The position numbers were made by a program, and so were the translations under genes. Shown piece after piece: positions 54,456 through 64,000 of a stretch of DNA of 64,000 nt; position 1 is the stretch's first letter, and every line of letters begins with the position of its first letter. Location of the stretch: the NCBI GenBank assembly GCA_964016885.1, contig OZ024763.1, forward strand, positions 3,286,001-3,350,000, written 5' to 3'. The DNA comes from Eledone cirrhosa (Eukaryota). A model generated the notes under the pieces. That model saw nothing but the letters and a program-made list of their open reading frames with translations, was not told the origin of the DNA and searched no databases.

Positions 54456-56002
54456 GTCCATAATTATTATTGAGAAATGTGACGTCGGTGGGTCCCGAAT
54501 TCTCGTCCGACCATGATTCGAAAGTTGAGTACTGAGCCGCTGCTCATCTGACTTCATTATATCTCAGCATCCCCTGTGCCTCTGAGTAACCCACTGTACC
54601 TCTGAACAAGCCACTGTGCATCTGAGCAAGCCACTGTGCCTCTGAGAAAGCCACTGTGCCTCTGAGCAACCCACTGTGCTTCTGAGCCAGCCACTGTGCA
54701 TCTGAACAAGCCACAGTACCTCTGGATACAACCTAGAAACATTATTGATTTTCCACCCGCTTATTATCCCCTCCTCGCTTATTCCAACTCTCCCCTATTA
54801 TTTGGGACCCGACATTACACGACAAAAAAAGAAGAACAATACTAGAAACCACATACACTATAAGATAAATAAGGACGGGTGGGGGAGAGGGTGTCTCAAT
54901 ATGTAAGGTAAATGACTAATTCTGGTTTTAAAAAAAATCAAGAGAGATAATCTAGAAAAATTACCGATTTTCCACCCCACCCTCAGCTTATTCCACCTCC
55001 TCCCCTATTATTTGGGACCTGAGAGTAGCTAGTTGAAAATGTTAATTCTATTGCTTCCTCTCTTTATCTCGCTGTTTACTACAACCCACTGAGAAAACAC
55101 CTACATTTTAAGAGTGTCTGACGTGTCTGAAGTCTGACGATGATAAAAACCTTTTATCGCAACACCTGCTCAGATCTCACTGAATTTTAAATTTTTTTTT
55201 TCAGATAGTGTAACTCTGTAATCCGGCGGCGAATTGACCGAGTCGTTAGAACGTTGGATAGGGTGCCTTGTGGTATTTGTTCCTTCTCACAGCTCTCTGC
55301 TCTTTGAGTTCAAATCCCTCCGAGGTCAACTTTGCTTTTCATCCTTTCAAGATCCATAAAAAAAACGCAGTCAAGTACTGGGGTTGATAAAAAAAGTACC
55401 AGTCAAGTGCTGGGGTCGATTCTCCCTCTAAGCTCAACTTGGCTTTTTGTCCTAAGTTCGATAAAAAAAGTACCAGTCAAGTACTGGGGTTGACTCTTCC
55501 TCTGAGGTCAGCTTTGCTTTTTGTCCTTTCAAGGTCGATAAAAGTATCAGTCTAGTACTGGGGTCGATTCTTCCTCTACATCTCTTTCTCTCTCCCTGTC
55601 TCTCCCTGTCTCTCATCCTCTGGAAGAAATCCGCTGTATTCAGGCCTGGAGAGGAGATGGGCTCCGCTAGGCTTAAAATGCTCTACGAAACGCTGTATGC
55701 CAATATGGTGCCGCTACGACTCCATCAGGGACGGTATGCCGAAAGAGCACTCAATGCTCTTGGGGAGCAAAGTATCAATAGTATTTATATATAAGGGAAC
55801 AAAGAATCAGTGTTGCATCATATATATATATTTAATTCACACGTGAGTCTACATGTTAAAACATCTGAGGAGCTTCCGATTCCAGGGTCAGGTTCGATCA
55901 TTAATAGATCGTTCCTCGAGCTGATTGACAGTGAAACATATGTAATATGTAATTAATATGTAAATGATGCAACACTGGTTCTTTGTTCTCATATACTAAG
56001 AC

Positions 56003-56051
<49 letters not shown>

Positions 56052-56185
56052 TAAGGTTGTGAGTTCGATTCCTGGACCAGGCGATGCGTTATGTCCTTGA
56101 GCAAGACACTTTATTTCACGTTGCTCCTTCTACCTGGAGTTGCGACCGATAGATAGTATTAGCAATTGGAAAGACCAACGATCAT

Positions 56186-56946
56186 TCCTTTATATATATA
56201 TATAAAAGCGAGGATGTGTGCGTGTCTGTGTACAAATTTGGACATCTAAGGCTTTTACAATTCCCAACCGAATTTGACCAAATTTTCTGTGCACGTTGCA
56301 CTTGTCGCTAAGATGGTCACATCACGAAATTTTTTCAAATCGACCCACGTTGAGCAATAAAAAATCGATAGCAAAATTATCGATAGCAAAATTATTTTTT
56401 CTAAAGTGCATGATGTAAGGGAGATAAAAATGAAGACAAATCCTTATGGGATTTTCCATGCAAATTAAAAGTTGCAATTACTTTTACATTTTTCGAGCTT
56501 TTTTTTACCAAATGTGAGGCAGGCATTGCCTATACCGTCGAGGTAATACAAGAAGATTATTTTTTCTAAAGTGTATGCTGTAAGGGAGAAATCAATCTAA
56601 AAACAATCCTTATGGGACTTTTCATTCAAACCGTTGGGACCTACAACTTTTACATTTTTAAAGTAATTTCGTCCACATTTGAGGCAGGCTTTATCTATGC
56701 TTCCAGGTTATTTTGAATTTATTAAAAAAACTATTATTACAATGAAGAAATGAGTTAAAACAAAATTTTCCTTCATTATCAGCATAGTTTTATGTGTACA
56801 AAGATTGTAAATATTCGTTTGCATTAATTATTGAAGACTTCTGCTTATTTTGACAGGTTGGGGACAAATAATTTTCTTCTTTTACTTCCTAGCTGTATAT
56901 TCTTAGCATAATTTCAAACCCCGGGCAACGCCGGGTAAATCTGCTA

Positions 56947-56947
<1 letters not shown>
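56186..56947 (+). mobile_element. Non-autonomous Helitron
   Basis: 5' TC..TATATAAAAG start; subterminal hairpin CCCGGgcaacgCCGGG followed by CTAG|T. Confidence 0.7.
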
Positions 56948-56995
<48 letters not shown>

Positions 56996-57003
56996 TACAT
57001 ATT

Positions 57004-57046
<43 letters not shown>

Positions 57047-57050
<4 letters not shown>

Positions 57051-57988
57051 GTGGGAACACTGGAAGGTAATATCCGTAGTGGTAGACCACTCAGTCCATT
57101 GGACGAGTTAGGTAGGAGTGGTTACACAACAGTTAGTTCACAATACCGAGAACAATTGTTTCACCTTCGCGGATCTTCAGCCCGGGATGTGTATGGTTAT
57201 AGGAACAGGAAGGACAACCGTACGAACGCGCATGCGCAGAAACTCGGTCACTTCACAGAGGCAATACTAGACTGCGTGCAGGAGGTGTAAGGGAGACAAC
57301 TGCGAAAGTCCGGAAAGTTTTTAGGTTGAAAATAAAATTAAAAAAATTAAAAATAAAAATAAAATTACTAAGAATCAGTCCGGAGCCTTGTAGTTATGCA
57401 ATAGATGTTTGGTGACGTGTGGACAACGTGATTCAAGGAGCGTTTCCTGAACCACCAGTCTACCTTCAGATACCCGGACAGACGTTCATCCACGAGACTC
57501 GCGAGCCACGTATGGTCCCTCAAGGGCTCAAGTATAGGCTACTCCATTCAATGGAAAGCCATCACTAAGTCCAAGCCACACGCAAGGGGAAATCCGACAT
57601 GTGGCTTATGTATTGACGAACGAATAACTATCCCAAAGAGATTACGCAATAGTGTTTGCCTAAACACGAGAAGTGAATTTTTCACACGTTGTCCACACGT
57701 CACTAAACATCTATTGCATAACTACAAGGCTCCGGACTGATTCTTAGTAATTTTATTTTTATTTTTAATTTTATTTTCAACCTAAAAACTTTCCGGACTT
57801 TCGCAGTTATCTCCCTTACACCTCCCGCACGCAGTCTAGTATTGCCTGTGTGAAGTGACCGAGTTTCTGCGCATGCGCGTTCGTACGGTTGTTTTTCCTG
57901 TTCCTATAACCATACACATCCCGAGCTGAAGATCCGCGAAGGTGAAACAATTGTTCTCGGTATTGTGAACTAACTGTTGTGTAACCAC

Positions 57989-57992
<4 letters not shown>
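57047..57992 (+). mobile_element. Penelope-like element (PLE) 3' remnant with inverted pseudo-LTRs and hammerheads
   Basis: About 310-bp inverted arms (57113-57430 / 57685-57992) enclose YSIQWKAITKSKPHARGNPTCGLCIDERITI...CLNTRSEFF (PLE GIY-YIG C-terminus). Flanked by (TA)n. Confidence 0.8.
57921..57960 (+). ncRNA. Hammerhead ribozyme in PLE pseudo-LTR (mirror copy about 57146-57186 -)
   Basis: CCGAG-CTGAAGA-TCCGCGAAGGT-GAAAC-AATT-GTT^CTCGG. Confidence 0.75.
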
Positions 57993-58022
<30 letters not shown>

Positions 58023-58080
58023 CGCGTCCAGAAATACCCGTCGAAACGGCTTGAGCTCTGCCGTCGGGGTCATACATTTT

Positions 58081-58113
<33 letters not shown>

Positions 58114-58380
58114 GATATTAAACAAATGGAAACTATATTTATAAAACCATATTTAGTTGTCACAACTAAACAGTAACTACATACTAGCGCCACAACTAAA
58201 CAGTAGCTACATACTAGCGCCACAACTAAACAGTAACTACATACTAGCGTCACAAATATAGTTATAAATATAGTTTCCATTTGTTTAATATCGTAAACCA
58301 ACTCCAAAACTTGTTGAGTGCTTTTATATCAGTTATAAAATATTTACTCGTTGTAACCCAACAATTTTAAATAAAACTTT

Positions 58381-58521
<141 letters not shown>

Positions 58522-59227
58522 ACATATTATAATCGAACTCACATCTTCACGATTATGAAGCCTATAGTAGAAACCATGATTATTATTGCTGTTATTGTTG
58601 TTGTTGTTATTATCGTTATTGTTATTGTTATTGTTGTTATTGTTATTGTTTTTGTTAGTGTTGTTGTTGTTATTGTTGTTGTCGTCATTAATATTTCGCC
58701 TAATTAGAACAAAAGTCATATTCATTAAGGATTAAGAGATTAGTCCACTCCTATCTCATCTAATTATCTCTCATCTTCAAATATACCACAGCACACAGAC
58801 TAATCAATGATTACTGATCACCGATAAGCAATAATATATAATCAATAATCACTGATCACTGATCACCGATCGATAACATCGGTGGTATTCGGTTCTATTA
58901 AGACTTGCCAAGATTTTTCGTTCGATTTCATCTTCTCAATGAAAGCTAAACTATATTTGTACAAAGAACGTCTTTTACATCACAAGTTTATTTAATACAA
59001 AAGAGGCTTTTATTCACAGTTGTATAAATTTATTTATTTATGGAAGATATGTAAATACAGTTTAATAGGAACAGAAAAAGGGGAGAATTTAGATTGAGGA
59101 GAAAGAATGGATGTAAAATAGGAAAATATATTCTATCCGCCGGGGCTGCGGGGAGACAAGCCGAGCATATTACGAATTCTGTTGAATAGTCTTAAATACG
59201 TCAATACTTTGAGATCCCCTGTAGTGT

Positions 59228-60611
59228 TAACTACATACTAGCGTCACAACTAAACAGTAGCTACATACTAGCGTCACAACTAAACAGTAGCTACATACTA
59301 GCGTCACAACTAAACAGTAACTACATACTAGCGTCACAACTAAACAGTAGCTACATACTAGCGTCACAACTAAACAGTAGCTACATACTAGCGCCACAAC
59401 TAAACAGTAGCTACATACTAGCGTCACAACTAAACAGTTACTACATACTAACGTCACAACTAAACAGTAGCTACATACTAGCGCCACAACTAAACAGTAG
59501 CTACATACTAGCACCACAACTAAACAGTAGCTACATACTAGCGCCACAACTAAACAGTAGCTACATACTAGCGCCACAACTAAACAGTAGCTACATACTA
59601 GCGCCACAACTAAACAGTAGCTACATACTAGCGTCACAACTAAACAGTAGCTACATACTAGCGTCACAACTAAACAGTAGCTACATACTAGCGCCACAAC
59701 TAAACAGTAGCTACATACTAGCGCCACAACTAAACAGTAGCTACATACTAGCGCCACAACTAAACAGTAGCTACATACTAGCGCCACAACTAAACAGTAG
59801 CTACATACTAGCGCCACAACTAAACAGTAGCTACATACTAGCGCCACAACTAAACAGTAGCTACATACTAGCGCCACAATTAAACAGTAGCTACATACTA
59901 GCGCCACAACTAAACAGTAGCTACATACTAGCGCCACAACTAAACAGTAACTACATACTAGCGCCACAACTAAACAGTAGCTACATACTAGCGCCACAAC
60001 TAAACAGTAGCTACATACTAGCGCCACAACTAAACAGTAACTACATACTAGCGCCACAACTAAACAGTAGCTACATACTAGCGTCACAACTAAACAGTAG
60101 CTACATACTAGCGTCACAACTAAACAGTAGCTACATACTAGCGCCACAACTAAACAGTAGCTACATACTAGCGCCACAACTAAACAGTAGCTACATACTA
60201 GCGCCACAACTAAACAGTAGCTACATACTAGCGCCACAATTAAACAGTAGCTACATACTAGCGCCACAACTAAACAGTAGCTACATACTAGCGCCACAAC
60301 TAAACAGTAGCTACATACTAGCGCCACAACTAAACAGTAGCTACATACTAGCGCCACAATTAAACAGTAGCTACATACTAGCGCCACAACTAAACAGTAG
60401 CTACATACTAGCGCCACAATTAAACAGTAGCTACATACTAGCGCCACAACTAAACAGTAACTACATACTAGCGCCACAACTAAACAGTAGCTACATACTA
60501 GCGCCACAATTAAACAGTAGCTACATACTAGCGCCACAACTAAACAGTAGCTACATACTAGCGCCACAACTAAACAGTAGCTACATACTAGCGCCACAAC
60601 TAAACAGTAGC
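59228..60611. repeat. 30-bp minisatellite, about 46 copies
   Basis: Unit ctacatactagcgccacaactaaacagtag. Confidence 0.97.
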
Positions 60612-60789
60612 CATTAACACCAATATGTGTGTGTATATGTGAACGTGCTTGTTGAAACCTGACCAAATTCATTGTTAGCTTAAGTGAACCTTAATAATGA
60701 AAACAACGGAATATAGAAGGAATGACAGGGACTTTAGTGTCTTAGAAGCACGAGGAGTGGGAAGGGTGAGGAGGATTGGAATCTGGGTC

Positions 60790-61010
60790 TAGGGTGCGGT
60801 GGTAATGAGGCTGCCCCCCTGCGGACAAGACCGCAAAAGCCATCCCGCGGACAATGGCCAGCGACACCCGCTGTCACAGCCACCCCACCTCTCGGGGCTC
60901 CTTCCTCAGACGGGCTGCGGACGATCCGATCTTGCGGAGGAAGTCGACAGTACAGGGCCCAAGTACGCCTGAGGTCTCGATGGCGACCGTTGCGAAGAGG
61001 AAGTGGCCGC
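60790..61010 (-). mobile_element. CRE-like 3' fragment, same family as 2281-2560
   Basis: FLFATVAIETSGVLGPCTVDFLRKIGSSAARLRKEPREVGWL*QRVSLAIVRG. Confidence 0.7.
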
Positions 61011-62413
61011 ACAATCTCCTACAAATTTATCAAATATAACGCGTTTCACCCTACCCAGATGAGCGACCTTGTTATTTCCCTCAGAAGAAGAAATTTTATT
61101 TCAAAATATCAGGACAGATAAATAAATAAGTAAACATATAACATAATAAACATATAACATCTTGTTTCGTCATATTTTCTTGTTCGTCTTGTCTTGACCT
61201 TCAAACTTCACATTTTATATACCATACGCAATTCTTCAAGCAAACTAAAACTTCCTCCTAAATATAAATTTTTTAAAAACATCAATGTTTAAAAACATTG
61301 TCATGTATTGAACTCGTATTGAGTGTTATCTAACAAGTGTTGTGTAGTTGCTTAATTATTTAACGACAGCCAATCATATCACAATCACGTGTTTCAAGCG
61401 TGCTCGTGTTTCTTGCATATATATTATGTTTCAGCTAAAGGGCGGTGGATTTACATTCTCGGTAGAGTGTCACACAACATGCTTTATGCCATAGGGTTAC
61501 GCTCCTTTGTGATCTGAGTTCAAATCCTTCCGAAGTTAGCTTCGCCTTTCATCCTAATAGGATCGATAAAATAAAGTACCTGTAATGCACTAGGGTCAAT
61601 TTATTCGACCCCATCCCCCCAAAAAAAATTTCCTGGCCTTGTGCCTACAGTAGAAACAATTATTATTCAAGATTAGCTTTGCCTTTCATCCTTAGGGGTC
61701 GATAAAATAAAGTACCAGTAATACACTGGGGTAATTGCTGGTCTTATTGGCAGTATCAGTAGAGGGTCGGACGCCATGTTAGGGCGGTGGATTGGCAGTA
61801 TCGGTAGAGGGTCGGACGCCATGCTTTCCAGCATAGTTACGTCCCTTTACGATCTGAGTTCAAATCCCGCCGAGGTTGACTTTGCCTTTCATCCTTACGG
61901 GGTCGATAAAATAAAGTACCAGTAATGCACTGGGGTAATTGCTGGTCTTGTGCCTATACCAGAACCCATTATTATCAAATAAATCCCTTGGTTTATTAAA
62001 TGTGTAACCTATGGATCTGTCGGTTGGTTTAAGGTCAGCTTTTACTGGATAAAAGTGGACGGCAGTAAAAGACAGGACCCGACATGTTACACTTAGCACC
62101 ACTCCCCTCAACCCTCACCACAACAACCTCTCCCCCCAGGAGTTGTGTTCAGATTAGTTGAGGCGGAAGGAGATTAGTGACGAAACAAAAGATACCTAGA
62201 TTTGATTAGAGCTTGCTTAATTAATCTGTTAATTAATAATTGTATGTAATATATATCGACAATACCACCATCATCATCAGCACCATCATCATCATCATCA
62301 ACAATCGCTATCGTCGCCGCAACCACCACCACCACCACCACCACCACTAACGACAACAACAACAATAACAACACAGTTCTAGTCGTCTAGAAGCCATTTT
62401 CATATTAAATAAT

Positions 62414-62546
<133 letters not shown>

Positions 62547-62571
62547 TATATATATATATATACAGTATATA

Positions 62572-62606
<35 letters not shown>

Positions 62607-62739
62607 GTGTATGTGTATGTGTATATATATATATATGTATACACACACACACACATATATATATATACACTATATATATATGTATATATATATATATACA
62701 TACATATAAATATACATATATATATACATATATATATAC

Positions 62740-62790
<51 letters not shown>

Positions 62791-63074
62791 AACACACACA
62801 TATGTATATATACATAAATATATATATGTATATATATATATATGTATGTATATATAAATATATATATATGTATATGTATATATGTATATATATATATGTG
62901 TGTGTGTGTATATATATATGTATATTTGTGTGTATATTTATATATATATATATGTATATTTATATATATGTATATATATGAAGTGGTTATACTATATTAT
63001 ATTATATATATTATATTATATCATATTATATATATTATATATTATATATATATTATATATATTATATTATATAT

Positions 63075-63270
63075 GGGCGGTGGATTGGCAGTATCGGTAG
63101 AGGGTCGGACGCCATGCTTTGACGCATAGAGTTACGGTCCTTGCCATTCTGAGTTCAAATCCCGCCGAGGTTAACTTTGCCTTTCATCCTTATGGGGTCG
63201 ATAAAATAAAGTACCAGTAATGCACTGGGCAATTACTGGCCTTGCGCCTAAAGTAGAAACTATTATATTA
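63075..63270 (+). mobile_element. tRNA-derived SINE, representative copy (others near 547-750, 775-990, 8634-8760, 34715-34905, 37328-37475, 45338-45750, 49145-49370, 55223-55570, 61438-61975, 63290-63725)
   Basis: A-box-like TGGCAGTATCGG and B-box GAGTTCAAATCC; body ...tttgcctttcatcc...gtcgataaaataaagtaccag...; (TAT)n tail. Confidence 0.85.
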
Positions 63271-64000
63271 TATACAATTTTGGATGAGGGTAAAGTCGAT
63301 TAAATCGAAGCCAGTACATTACTGGTACTTTATTTTATCGACCCTGTAGGGATGGAAAGCAAAGTTAACCTCGTTTGATTTTTTCCCCACACCTAATTAA
63401 TGAAACAGCTCTGGCAGTCAACTATACTTGTCCCATACCTAATTAATTGTTTCTACTTTTGGCACAAGGCCAGCAATTACCTCCGTGCATTACTGGTACT
63501 TTATTTTATCGACCCCGTAAGGATGAAAGGCAAAGTTAACCTCGGCAGGATTTGAACTCAGAACAGGGGTTGTAATATAATAGAACTCAGGGCTGTAATA
63601 TAATAGTTTTTGATTTAGGCACCAGGCCAACAATTTTTGGGAAGGAAAGTCGATTAAATCGACCCCAGTACATTACTGGTACTTTATTTTATCGCCCCAG
63701 TAAGGATGAAAGGCAAAACTAACTTCCATAGATTGTTGATTGTTTTTTTAGAAATTTTATCCGACATATTGACAAGATTCTTTGTGTTTCGTTGCATATT
63801 TTCCAATAGATTAATAATGGAATTGTCTGTAGATACGGAAAGACCAAGAATCGATGGAATGTTGCACAAATTAAAGAGAAATGATATGGTTTCCGGATAT
63901 ATTAGTGAATAATTTGTGACAGTATGTCAGAATTTAATTCAGGATAAAGAAAGTAGCAGAGAAAATGTAGAATATGTATCGTAGAATATATAGAATATGT

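Noticed and set aside
59227-60672. 481-aa ORF of (YCLVVALVCS)n
   Set aside because: It is the stop-free frame of the 30-bp minisatellite; there is no splice or start context and no non-repeat domain.
63075-63170. tRNA gene
   Set aside because: A and B boxes are present, but they continue into a multi-copy SINE body and I see no intact cloverleaf.

Overview
Eukaryotic, AT-rich and microsatellite-saturated genomic DNA. The SINE repertoire and gene content look like a coleoid cephalopod (octopod-like); this is inference, not a database match. I reconstructed four spliced host genes by hand from GT-AG junctions and phase arithmetic. (1) The 5' part of DDI2/DDI1 lies on the minus strand and runs off the left edge. 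(2) A head-to-head ZNHIT3 (plus strand, 5 coding exons, about 425 aa) carries a large acidic repeat insert. (3, 4) Two tandem paralogous 4-exon genes on the minus strand encode small secreted proteins, each with two chitin-binding type-2 (peritrophin-A/CBM14) domains. An apparently intact RTE-clade LINE (APE + RT + three C2H2 fingers, 69-bp target-site duplication) sits in intron 2 of one chitin-binding gene, next to an R4/Dong-like fragment. The most striking non-genic pattern is about 13 short foldback elements in or beside (TA)n tracts. Together with related fragments they carry more than 10 hammerhead-ribozyme cores, most share an ACTC...GAGT tail hairpin, and one copy with a GIY-YIG remnant ties them to Penelope-like retroelements. 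The window also holds CRE, CR1 and Tx1/L1 fragments, tRNA-derived SINEs, a non-autonomous Helitron, MITEs, and 50-bp and 30-bp satellites. Most ORFs in the supplied track are microsatellite artefacts.
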